Made by a program: the position numbers and the translations under genes. The notes beneath the pieces are model-generated. The model was not told the DNA's origin, searched no databases, and saw nothing but the letters and a program-made list of their open reading frames with translations. From Schmidtea polychroa (lineage: Eukaryota), in contig CM097885.1 of NCBI GenBank assembly GCA_044892525.1, positions 11,410,001-11,474,000 on the forward strand: a stretch of DNA of 64,000 nucleotides. The letters are read 5' to 3'. Below, piece after piece: positions 22,270-38,698 of this stretch. Each line of letters begins with the position of its first letter. Positions within the stretch are counted from its first letter, which is position 1.

Positions 22270-25200
22270 TAATCTGACCCTTCAACTATAGTCTACAGTA
22301 AGCATGTAGCTATATAGTAGTCTGCAGTGAACATGCAGCTACTTCTCTTTTATAAAATAATAATAATAATAATAATAATATAATCTGACCCTTCTACTAT
22401 AGTCTACAGTAAGCATGTAGCTATATAGTAGTCTGCAGTGAGCATGCAGCTACTTCTCTTTAATAATAATCTTACTCGTCTAATATTTAACATATAATAA
22501 TCTGACCCATATACTAAAATCTCTCTGATATTCTCTATTAACCTATTTTCTATAAGGATTTATCATCATTTGTTATATAGTTCATTTGAATTAAATAACA
22601 AATGATGATAAATCCTTATAGATGTAACAATTAATAACAATTAGAAAAAAAGAAAAATCTTTAATTTTATTATTTAACAGGTAGACTATACCCAAATTAT
22701 TGTCAAGCTGCAAATGGACATAGCGATAAATGTCATCGCACAATGAAAAAGTACTACAAAAAGACGTTTAATTCCGTCAACTTTTTTATATGCCCCAAAT
22801 GCATGACTAGCGAAAAAATAAAATATAGGGAATTTTTTAATAAACATCATAGTCACTTAGGGCAATTTTCGATATCAAAAAATGTTTTATTTAAAAAAAT
22901 AAATAAAAAAAAATTACAAAAATATTTATCAAAAAATTTACCAAAAAATACTATTAAAAAAGATATAAAAAAAGATATTAAAAAAGATTTAAAAAATATT
23001 AAAAAAAATATTATAAAAGAAAAAACAGATTCTATTAAAAAAGATGCTATTATTATTAAAAAAGATACTATAAATATTATTAAAAAAGATATTATAAATA
23101 TTAAAAAAGATTCTATTAAAAGACCTGCTGGTTTAATTAAAAATTGCATTCCTAATAAATTATCGCGACCTGAAGTGGTAGTCATCAGCAAAGATGAATG
23201 TGTAGCTTCAACATCGTTTACACAACAAGCACCCATTACACAACAATCACCCATTACACAACAAGAAGTGATAGTCATCAATGATGAATGTGTAGCTTCA
23301 ACGTCTTTCAACATATGTCAAATAGGCGGCTCTTTGTTTGAACCAGTTGTTGAATCCGATTTGAATGGATCACGTAAAACTTTAAAATTTAATATAAGAA
23401 ATGAAAACCTGTTTAAAATAGCCCTAACATCAAAAATTGAAGAAAGATTAATAGAGGAAATAGAAAAGATGGGCAATGTAAAAATCCAATTTACAATTTT
23501 AATTAAATTTGAAAAAGATGGGGAGATCCGGGATAATTATTTTTCAAACAATGCGCAAGTTTTTTCAGCAAATTTTATAAACGAGGGGGTGAGCAAATTA
23601 AATGAAAAGATTGAGCAATTCACCTATTTAGGAAGCGGGTGGCGAGTAGTGAATATTTTAGAGATAGATTTTATTTTAACGAAATACGCACCCGTTAGTA
23701 GATTATCCGGACATAGCTATATAAAAACCCCATCGGCTTTAAAATTAAAACATGCAATAATTAACGTTAAAAACAACGACCATAAGTGTTTCTTATATAG
23801 CATTCTTGCACTTTTAAAAAGAGAAGAAATAGATCGTAATCACCAAAGAGCCGCCAAATATATAGAATTTTTACCTCTATTAAATTATGACGAAGACACC
23901 GATTGCCCGATGAGGCTATGTAACATTCCTAAATTTGAAAGGAAAAATCGTGATTTAAATTTAAGCATAAACGTTCTTTCGTATAATCCAGCCAGTACTG
24001 ATAGTGATATTTCTCAGGATTATGTAGCTCACCACCCTCATCTTAATATCATACATCGCTCCAAGGTTATAGATGGTAGGCCAATTTATTTATTACTTTT
24101 GAGTAATAAAGATAAATATCATTATACGGCCGTGACAGACTTGGACAAATTAATGAATTGCCATTTAAATGAAAATGTTAACGTTCAAATAAGGTGTAAC
24201 TGGTGCCCACATTGTTTAAATGGCTTTAGATATAAGAATGCTTTCGATCAGCATGTTGCTCTATGCTGTAAAAATCAGACTGGCACAACCTTGTATACAC
24301 TTCCTAAAAATAAGGATTTATTATTCACAGATTACGCAAAAACAGTTACACCTCCCTTCGTAATTTATGCCGATTTTGAATCGGTTTTACCAGAACATGA
24401 AACATATCATCAAATACATTTACCCATATCAGCAGGTCTTTTATTAATTAATAATTATACAAACACAAAATTTTATTATTATTTTTTTGGACCTAATTGT
24501 ATTTTGGATTTTTTGAGGAAAGTGGAGGAAATTGCTGTCACAATTGTCCTGCCATATTATGATCTTGAAGGTCGTAAAGGTATGTCTACTTTGTCTTTTG
24601 CTCAGGAGCGTGCCTTTCGATCTTCCACTATTTGTTATTTGTGTAAAAAATCTATTATTAATCCTGTGAGAGATCATTGTCATTTTACAGGTAGATATGT
24701 CGGAGCGGCATGTAGGAAATGCAATGTCTCTCGCAGGATTAATAAATTGTTACCTGTTGTCTTTCATAATTTACAAGGCTATGACCTCCACCATATTTTA
24801 AAACATGGTCTCAGTGATTTTCCCCTTTGGGAACTTAATATTATACCTACCTCTACAGAAAAATTTATATCTTTAATTGCATATATTAACAAATTGCCTG
24901 TTCGTTTTATTGACAGCATGCAATTTGTTAATTGTTCTTTAGCAAAAGCTGTGAAAACCTTAACTACTTTTCCGTTAACTTCGTCTGTCTTTCAAGGGTC
25001 GATGATTCACTCTAAAGGTATCTTTCCATATAATTTCGCTACTTCTTTGGATGTTCTTGAATCGACTTTAGAATTACCTCCTATTTGGTCTGATGTTACG
25101 GAAGATCAGTACCCTGAGGCTCAACTAATTTGGAGTCAGCATAACTGTAATAATTTGTTAGATTATATGTTAATCTACCTAAAATTGGACGTATACCTCC

Positions 25201-26967
25201 TCGCAGATTATTTTCAGCAATTCCGCGGTAAGGCAATTGCTTACAATGGTCTGGATCCTCTTAATTTCTACGGGATTCCCGGTATGTCATGGGCCTCAGC
25301 GCTTATGACATTAACGGAACCAATAGAACTTCTGCAGGACATGGAAATGTATAATTTCTATGAGGGAGGTATCCGGGGTGGGTTAACATTTGTTAACAAA
25401 CATTACACGGCTACTTCAGATGATACAGAATTATTGTACATTGATATAAATAATCTGTATGGTTGGGCTCTTAGCCAAAATCTTCCGTATGGTGATTTTT
25501 CTTGGGTGAATAATAACTTGAATGATGTTTTACTTGAATGTATGAACACGGATATTGATAACCTTCCATATGGGTATACTATGGAGGTCGATATCGATAT
25601 TCCGGAATGTGTGCATGACTTTTTGAATGATTTTCCGCTTGCGCCAGAAAAGTTGTGCCCGCCTAATTCAAAAGTTGAGAAGCTTATGCTTACGCATTGG
25701 CCAAAGAGGAACTATGTTCTTCATTGGAGGCTTCTCAAATTGTATATAGAATTAGGTGCGGTTGTTGTAAATATTCATAGGTGTATAAAGTTTAAACAAG
25801 GACCTATCTTTAAATCCTACATAGACACCAACACCACTTTACGATCTCAGTCTACTAGCGAGATATATAGGGACTTGTTTAAATTGTATAATAACTCTCT
25901 TTACGGTAAATCGGTTGAAAATTTGAAAAAAAGAATGAATTTGAGGTTGTGTAATTCATCCGAAAAGATGATAGTATACTCCTCAAAGCCGACTTTCAGA
26001 AAGTCCATAAGAATCGATAACGATCTGATTGCGGCACATTTGGAAAAAGATGTGATTTGTTTAGACAGACCTAGCTACATTGGTTAAACAGTACTAGATC
26101 TGTCTAAACTGCGGATGTACCAGCTCCAATATATTGATTTGGAGAAGTACAGACGCCAATATAAATGTATAATTAATATTATTGCCGGTGATACCGACAG
26201 TTTCTTTTTGGAAATAAAAAATTTAAAATTAACAACTCTATTACCTCAGATGATCTCTGATAATTTATTGGATACGTCAAATTACGATCCAACACACCCC
26301 TTATATAATAGGAACCTTGACTCTGTCATCGGGAAGTTTAAAGATGAGAGCAAGAGATTAGGTTATTCTGAATGGGTTTTCTTACGCCCTAAATGTTATA
26401 GTCTTTTAGGTAGTAAGGAAACAGTAAAAGCGAAAGGGGTTAAATTACCAGGGACATCAATAAATCACGAATCATATCTAAATTGCTTTCATTCAAATCA
26501 GGTGATTTCTGTACCGCAGACTAGAATAGGTACTAGAAATCACCAACTTTTTACTTTTAAAAATTCGAAAATTGCCCTAAGTAATAATGATGATAAGCGC
26601 GCGTGGCTAGGAAAAAACATAAGTTACGCATTTGGGCACTATTTAGGAGTTGACGATTTAAGCGAATATGATGAGGAATTCAGTGCAGCTCCAAGTCCCA
26701 GTTTTGACGACAGCGAATGGGACGAAGATCAAATTTAAATAGAAAAAACTTTATATTTTTGATTTATAAAAACTTGTATAGTGATTTCATGATTTATAAA
26801 AAATTGTATAGAAACATTTATTTAAAAACTTGTACAAAAACCTGTATATTGTATAAAACTTGTATTTATATATACATATTCAATAAAATTTTTAATCAGA
26901 TTTTTTTTTTAATTTTTTAAGTATTTGGTGTTTTATTATAATTTTTTATATTTAATGGTGATTTTTA

Positions 26968-27157
26968 TATAGTCTGCAGTGAGCATGCAGCTATAACAGT
27001 TTTTTTTATATATAGTCTGCAGTGAGCATGCAGCTATATCAGTTTTTTTTTATATATAGTCTGCAGTGAGCATGCAGCTATAACAGTTTTTTTATATATA
27101 GTCTGCAGTGAGCATGCAGCTATATAAGTATAGTCTGCAGTGAGCATGCAGCTATAT
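26968..27157. repeat. Tandem palindromic repeat TAGTCTGCAGTGAGCATGCAGCTA, five copies
   Basis: Read directly; same unit at 13729-13920 and 22130-22452. Confidence 0.9.
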
Positions 27158-27164
27158 CAATCAC

Positions 27165-27303
<139 letters not shown>

Positions 27304-27332
27304 CTTTAAACAGCTTGCATAATAATAATAAT

Positions 27333-27394
<62 letters not shown>

Positions 27395-27547
27395 GATATA
27401 TGGCTCATTCGAAAGGTCTTGGATTGAGCTTTAAAATGAGCTATCGATTATTAATTTTCGTTGGCGGGAATTTTGAAAAATTAAAAATAAAATAATAATA
27501 TTTTTAAAAATAATAATAAAAATAATAATATTTTTTAAAAATAATAA

Positions 27548-28380
27548 TATGACCTTGATGAGTCATCGCGATGACTCATATGACCTTGGGAATGACCTTG
27601 GATGAGTCATGTGACCTTGAAAATGACCTTGGTGAGTCATAGGATGACGCAGATGACCTTGAAAATGACCTTGAAAATTTTGATGAGTCATCGGATGAGT
27701 CATATGACCTTGAGAATGGCCTTGATGAGTCATATTATGAGTCATATGCCCTTGAAAAAAATTTTCAAGGTCATATGAGTCATACTATGAGTCATATGCC
27801 CTTGAAAATGCCCTTGATGAGTCATACTATGAGTCATATGACCTTGAAAATGACCTTGATAAGTCATATTATGAGTCATATGGCCTTGAAAAATTTTTCA
27901 ATGGCATATGAGTCATGCTATAAGTCATATGACCTTGAAAATGACCTTGATGAGTCATATTATGAGTCATATGGCCTTGAAAAATTTTTTCAAGGGCATA
28001 TGAATCATACTATGAGTCACATGACCTTGAAAATGACCTTGCTGAGCCATACTATGATCTTTGTTTCAATGACCTTGATTAGTCATATTATGAGTCATAT
28101 GACCTTGAAAAAAATTTTCATACTATGAGTCATATGACCTTGAAAATGACCTTGATGAGTCATGGTCTTTGTTTAGATGACCTTGAGGAAATTTTTTTTA
28201 CCTTGATGAGTCATAGTATGAGTCATATGACCTTGAAAATGACCTTGATGTGTCATATGATGAGTCATGGTCTTTGTTTAAATGACCTTGAAAAATTTGA
28301 TGAGTCATAATATGAGTCATTGTCTTTGTTTCAATAACCTTGATGAGTCATATGTCTTTGTTTAAATTTGACCTTGAAAA
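27548..28380. repeat. Subterminal minisatellite built from TGAGTCA and TGACCTTG motifs
   Basis: More than twenty copies of each motif; homologous array at 32190-32735. Confidence 0.9.
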
Positions 28381-28492
28381 AAAATGTACTTTTAGACTTA
28401 GAATATTTTTGAAAATCTTACCGACGGGGGGAGGGGGGGGGGGTACTGTGCTAGCTGTGCCCTGTGCCAGCGGTGCCCAATCCATCTACTCT

Positions 28493-32858
<4,366 letters not shown>

Positions 32859-33759
32859 TCGCTTTCGCAAAACGATAGCATTTACAGAGAAATATCTAAA
32901 AATCTAAAGAAATATTAACTTCAAAAATATTTTATAAATAGTTCTTACGATGTTTTGTTGTCATTTTCTCGAAAGTTCAAAGTAGAGTTGTTCTATTTAA
33001 AATCTAAAATTTTTTCCCCCATGAATTTTTAATATATTAAAAATAATGATATGTTAACAATATGTTAATTACTTTTAACTTTCGGAATAAAAATGCTATA
33101 ATAAATTTGCATGTATTTTATATTATGTGTGCTGTGTTTGTATGTAAAATTATTTTTCTGTCACTTTCTCAATTCCTTTAATAACACTTTTAACTTTCGG
33201 AACATTAAACTTTTACACTCAGGTAAGTTTGTTTGTTCCTATACTATAATTTTATAGATTTTTTTTAGATTATAGAAACTTATAATTTGGATTTAGGTAT
33301 ACAATTTCACCCACAAGCAATCGCCAATGCATCATTACGAATGAATAATTAATCATAAGTGCAGATAATTATTACTTTTTGATTTTTTTTGTTTTGAACA
33401 AGTCAGTTAGTTTTAACAGTCATTTGAAAAGTGTATTTCTGTTAGGATTAGTTTATGTTATATATTGGATCTGTAAGTATATATTTTATGTATATGTATG
33501 ATTAAATATTTTAAGTATATATATTTGTAGTGAAATAAATACTTCTGGTGTATGAGTGAATAGCTCGATTTATGTAGGATATATATTAATCCTTGAAATG
33601 GAATCTTCCGAAGAAGAAATCATTGATGAATATCAAAGCCTTAGTTCTGATACGGATAGTGATTTTAGTGACGATAGTGATGAAAGCTGCGTTTTTTATT
33701 TGTAAAATATATAAAAGTATTGAACAAATCAAATCTAATTAAACGAAAAATCACTTTTT

Positions 33760-33845
33760 TATTCACATAAATTATCATTTTCTTGACTCCAAGATTATAA
33801 GCCAGCAAAGCATGTTCTCGAGTTTGACTATTTTTTGAAATCCCA
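33760..33845 (-). pseudogene. EF-1alpha fragment
   Basis: [29 protein letters not shown] closely matches eEF1[30 protein letters not shown]. Confidence 0.85.
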
Positions 33846-33859
33846 ACTCCAATAACCAT

Positions 33860-34284
33860 CAGACCTTTTCATATAAAGGGCTTTTGCATTCACCGGCTGG
33901 TTAGCAAGCACCGCATTGCAACATTTGATTGCAGTTGATCCCCGGTTAATTTCAAATCACAGTGATCCATATTCAAATATAATTTCACAACTCGGCCCAT
34001 CGAATATTCTCCTCGTCATCTGTAACTAACGGCATAATATATAATATATCCAATCCTCGTAAATATATATTGAGTGCAATTTCATAAAGGTTTTTTCGAA
34101 CAGCAGCATAGGCATGATTTCGACATTGAACAACTAATTTAATAATTTCATAGAAAGGCAATTCGAATCTTTCATCAATAGATTTTTTGACAAATGGAGT
34201 AAAATCAGATATATAATTTCTTTTCAGCATTCGACCTTCTTTATTTTTATCATTAAATTCAAAATCAGAATCCTCCGTTGACAT
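33860..34284 (-). pseudogene. Frameshifted TPR-domain gene fragment, FKBP6/Shutdown-like
   Basis: YEIALNIYLRGLDIL, then in shifted frames KLYLNMDHCDLKL and AIKCCNAVLANQPVNAKALY, a typical FKBP TPR pattern. Confidence 0.6.
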
Positions 34285-34895
34285 TTTTTTCAAGTATTCA
34301 AACACAAAACAATCAATTAAAAAATTTCCAAAATTCTCGAATTCCATTATAATTCCAAAATTCGAATATTGATAACTTTACAATTGACAACTTTTACACA
34401 GACGCGATAAAACCGAAATAATAGCAACGCGCACACTAACGCGACAAAAATTAAAAAAACCACAAATAATGCACACACAGACGCGAGCCCAAAATTACAC
34501 AGCCATTCACATGGAGAAGTTATTCCTCCACCTGACTGCTCTAAAAAAGTATTGAGATATTTGTAAATTGAATTTATATTATTCTAAGTTTGTTTTAATA
34601 TTATATATTTTAAATATCAAATAATTTTTTAAATAATTTTGCTAAATTTTAACGAAAATCATAAAAATTCCAAAAATTTAACAGAAAATTCAAATAATAT
34701 CGAGTAACCCATAGATACCAGAAAATAATTTTGAAAATATTTTAAAAATATAAGAAGATAATAAAAAATCTTCAAATTTTAAATAATTTCAACAAAAATA
34801 TTCAGAAACCAATAGAAAATTTTAAAATTTCAGAAAATTATATAAATATAAATTTTAAAAATTTAAATAAATACTCGAAAAATAATTTTAAACCA

Positions 34896-35612
34896 ATGAA
34901 AAAATTAGAAAATGTAAACAATCCAGAACCTAATTCAATTAATCTTACTAAAATAACAAACAAATCTGAACTACCTTCAATGATAAAAACCAAGAACCAA
35001 GATAAAATTTACCCCCTTACAGTTCGTCGTAATAGATCAAGGACGAAGTCGAAATCATATTCTCCCGAGCCCAAAAATAATTCATATAACAGAATTGATC
35101 ATAAATATCAATATAATGATAAACCTGAAAAGATGGGACCGGTGAAGAAAGAATTTGTGAATATGCGTCTAACTGGATTATTAGCCGAAGAAACTAATAT
35201 GTATAAAGGAGTTAAAATAGTATACAACGAACCGTCAGAAGCTGCTATTCCAACTGATAAATGGCGGTTGTATAGTTTTAAAGGAGATGAATCCTTGCCA
35301 ACGATTCACCTCCATCGCCAGAGTGCTTATTTGATTGGAAAACACAGGGGTATTTGCGAAATCCCAATGGATCATCCAAGCATCAGTAAACAACATGCTG
35401 TTATTCAGTTCAGACAAATAGATGCTGTAGTCAAACCGTATTTAATTGACTTGAAGTCGACTAACGGCTCGTTTATAAGCGGAATAAAAATTGAGGCACA
35501 GAAATATTATGAACTAAGAGAACAAGATGTTTTGAAATTCGGATTTTCAACTCGAGAGTACGTTTTACTAACAGACAAATCACTCGCCTCTGACGACGAA
35601 GAGGATTCTTGA
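34896..35612 (+). CDS. SNIP1: SNIP1/Pml1 FHA-domain protein
   Basis: GLLAEETN, YNEPSEA..P...WRLY, HRQSAYLIG, DHPSISKQHAVIQFR, STNG, LKFGFSTREYVLL. Confidence 0.9.
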   Translation: MKKLENVNNPEPNSINLTKITNKSELPSMIKTKNQDKIYPLTVRRNRSRTKSKSYSPEPKNNSYNRIDHKYQYNDKPEKMGPVKKEFVNMRLTGLLAEETNMYKGVKIVYNEPSEAAIPTDKWRLYSFKGDESLPTIHLHRQSAYLIGKHRGICEIPMDHPSISKQHAVIQFRQIDAVVKPYLIDLKSTNGSFISGIKIEAQKYYELREQDVLKFGFSTREYVLLTDKSLASDDEEDS

Positions 35613-36344
35613 AATATTTTTCATTTTTGTAAATAGATTTTGTTATTTTTTCTTTAATTATTTATATTTATAATTATCGCGCTTCAAAAATGCTAATTTC
35701 AATTATATTCAGATAAAAAGAATTGCCCCCATATATTCCTAAGATGGAGTCTTTAAAGAAAGATACTATTAGCTATTTTTTTAAATAGTTTACGAACTCT
35801 CATATACGTTTTGCACTTTGGTGAAGAAGTGCAAAGGGATCCACAATTTCTTGTGTTTTTGTTTATAACTGACAAAATTTGTTTCAATAGAAAAATATTA
35901 AATTTTCTACTGCTTAAATGCATTCTTAATGGTGGGTTGCGGTCTTGCAACAAAGGAACTGCGAAAGCTGTTAAATTGTTAAATATTTTATTTTGTAAAA
36001 TAAATTCTACTAAAAATTCAAAAATTAAAATACTTAATAAAACTTTGATAGGTCTGTATTTCCTACATAATTGCGATTTGTACTGGGTAACTGTAACAAT
36101 ATTAGAATTAAAAATTAGAATTTTTATTTCCATTTAATTTGTAGTATAATTTATAATTTAATGAATAATTTTAAATAAAAAACGCTATGAAAACAAATTT
36201 CAAATGATATAATAATAAAATCTTTCAATAATGAACATTTATTTAAATAGACTAATAATTAAAATTAACTTATTAAAATGAATCTAGTTATTGATCATTT
36301 TTTGAATTCAATTCTATTTAATTTTTGAATAACATTTAACGGAA

Positions 36345-36704
36345 ATGAGGCGTTATCCACGTACTTCGAACATGTCCGGTAATTATACCGTTCAGTATTA
36401 TTCTTTTCTTATTCCACAAGATAGTCCATTATTAGATACATTCCTAAGGAGGAATAATAATTATGTCATTCCTCAGATTGAGAAAATGTGTTCCTGCTCC
36501 ATAAAGGTTTCACCGGCAGTTTCTAGACAAACTCCAACTTATGTTTCATATTATTTAGTGGAGATTAACTACGAATTGCCAAAAGGTAATCATTGGGCTT
36601 GCATGCAAATGCTGGAGAAATATTCAAGAAATGGCGAAGGCTCCGGTTGCTTAAAACGCATGAGATGTGAACATGTTAAAACTATAGTTTGTAGTAATCC
36701 GTGA
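36345..36704 (+). CDS. Hypothetical 119 aa protein, possibly a degenerate KH fold
   Basis: Clean ATG-TGA ORF in very AT-rich flanks; FLIP...IPQIEKMCSCSIKVS pattern but no GxxG. Confidence 0.45.
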   Translation: MRRYPRTSNMSGNYTVQYYSFLIPQDSPLLDTFLRRNNNYVIPQIEKMCSCSIKVSPAVSRQTPTYVSYYLVEINYELPKGNHWACMQMLEKYSRNGEGSGCLKRMRCEHVKTIVCSNP

Positions 36705-37974
36705 CTGATTTCAAATTTAAATGTCAATGTCGCGTTATTTATCATGCATAATTTAGGATAATTTTAAAAGAATAATTAATTTTATATTTATAAAAGTCTT
36801 TGTAAATTAATTCATTTTGTGAAGTCATTTCACACCTTTCAATTGTGATTGAATTATGTTTTGATTTTATTAAATATATATTTTTAATTTATAATTTTCA
36901 ACTTGTTTTAATATTTTTTTTCTATTGTCTAAATTTGAGTGGACGTTAGGCCATATTGGTTAATTAAGGTCTAATAATGAATTACTAGTAAGTCGAGATT
37001 ACTTAAATTGATTACCAAACAGCAGTGGCGTAGCTATGGTGGGGCGGGGCGGGGGCGGCATATTCGTGATGAGATCGTCTGTATGGTTCTTAAACCTGAA
37101 TGCACTAAAATAAATATATACGTATATATCCACGAATAGCAAGAGCTTAACAATAACTTATTTATTATTTTAAGAAATGTTGAATTTAAGAAACTTGCCA
37201 GTCATAAAAGGCTGCCCTATAGATACAAATATATTACCCTATCCGAAAATTTGGCGATTTTTTAGAATCGGTAAAAGTCGAAATTTCAACAGATGTTTTC
37301 CATTATTTGTTCAAGTCGAGTAAGTGCTTTATGGTACCTAATAACAAAGAGAGTCGGAGGCGAATGAAGCGACTTAAGAAAAATTTTACCTATTTTTTAC
37401 GACGGTTATGTCACAGAAAGGCGAGATAAGGTACCTATTGTTTGTATAATAGAGTTTTAATTCAATTCGGCAAATTGAAACAGCGAAGCAGCTTTCTTCT
37501 AGTTTTAAGCATAAACAGATGTGTGAAAATAGTACACTTTAGGATAGAGAAATATTTCATTAAATTTTGTGGACGTGACGGTGGCGTGTGCAGCGTAAAA
37601 TTTGTGTCAGTGATTTCGTGGTCTTCTGAAATTCTATAATTACAACTTTATACAAGGTAAGTCAAATAATATTTTTTTATTTTGTTTTTATGAAATTCTT
37701 GAAGTACGTTTTAATGCATCATTGTATTTATTTATATACAAACACAATACATGTGTTTTTTTGGAGGTTCGAAATTACAAATAAATTTTACAATTCAAGG
37801 TTGTTAAAATTAGGTTATGAAATTATAAAAATAACACAATTACAAATAAACACCATAATTGAAAAAATCATAAAAAATCCATTTGTTTATTTGTAAACTT
37901 AAAATGAATCACTCCAACCTGCCTTATACAAAAATTAAAAATTGAATTAATCACCTTGTATTTCTTCAGATATT

Positions 37975-38290
37975 TTGTATTAATAAATTATAATGGTGTA
38001 GTGTAAACGATGATATAAAAGTGAATGTTATTGTATTTATGTATAAATTAGATAAAGGATTACTTCTGTATTATTTTAATAATTACTTAAATAGAGGTAT
38101 AGATTTACATAATTATAATACTAGAAATAATAAAAAACTTAAAAAAGCCAAAAAGGCTGTAAAAGTAAATATTGTACTTGAGGAGGGATAATTTACAAAG
38201 GAGTAGAAATATAATAAATTACCGGATAAAATAGTACAAATTGAAAACATTGATAAATTTATAAGAGAAGTAAAAACTCACCATTGGTAA
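37975..38290 (+). pseudogene. Degenerate 3' end of a LINE ORF2
   Basis: Translates to FMYKLDKGLL..YF..HNYNTRN and NKLPDKIVQIENIDKFIREVK, typical LINE RT C-terminal motifs. Confidence 0.65.
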
Positions 38291-38698
38291 AGAAAAACTC
38301 GACTAGTGTTCAGTTAAAAAATTAAGTGTAATTTAGCATAAAGTATTATATATAGATTATTCATGTAATTAGCTAATAAACAGCCCTGTAAACAACAAGC
38401 AGGGCCCACCTTTATCAAATTCAGTAGAAAATAGCTAATAAGCTAAAGTTGTTAAATAAATAATAATTAGAGATCAAACTAAAAATAAATTAATAAAAAA
38501 ATAACAACTAACAGGAAAGCACTAAAACCTGTCTGATAACAATTATTCTTTTAATTTTGTAGTTTCTTAAATATTAGAAAATATTAATAATGAATACAAT
38601 ATTAATAAATGTTATATTTTTTGAGAAATTAAAATATTCTTTTTAATATAAAAGTTAAATATATAGCTCATAGAGTATAAAGCTCATAGAGTATAAAT

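Larger units (their letters stand above)
12246..26738 (+). pseudogene. Protein-primed DNA polymerase B of Maverick-1; exons 12246-12291, 12343-12405, 12452-12529, 12576-12689, 12737-12910, 22681-26738; one premature TAA at 26085-26087
   Basis: All introns GT-AG phase 1 and the spliced frame is open. YADFES, endonuclease-VII-like RDHCHFTG..C..CN, FHNLQGYD, DINNLYG, KLYNNSLYGK, GDTDS. Confidence 0.9.

Noticed and set aside
26968..27157. Repeat-spacer appearance resembling a CRISPR array
   Set aside because: Spacers are short, near-identical T/A runs; eukaryotic context; no cas genes.
27563..28310. MSHMTLK-repeat ORFs, also 32479-32727
   Set aside because: By-products of the TGAGTCA/TGACCTTG minisatellite; frames not maintained between copies.
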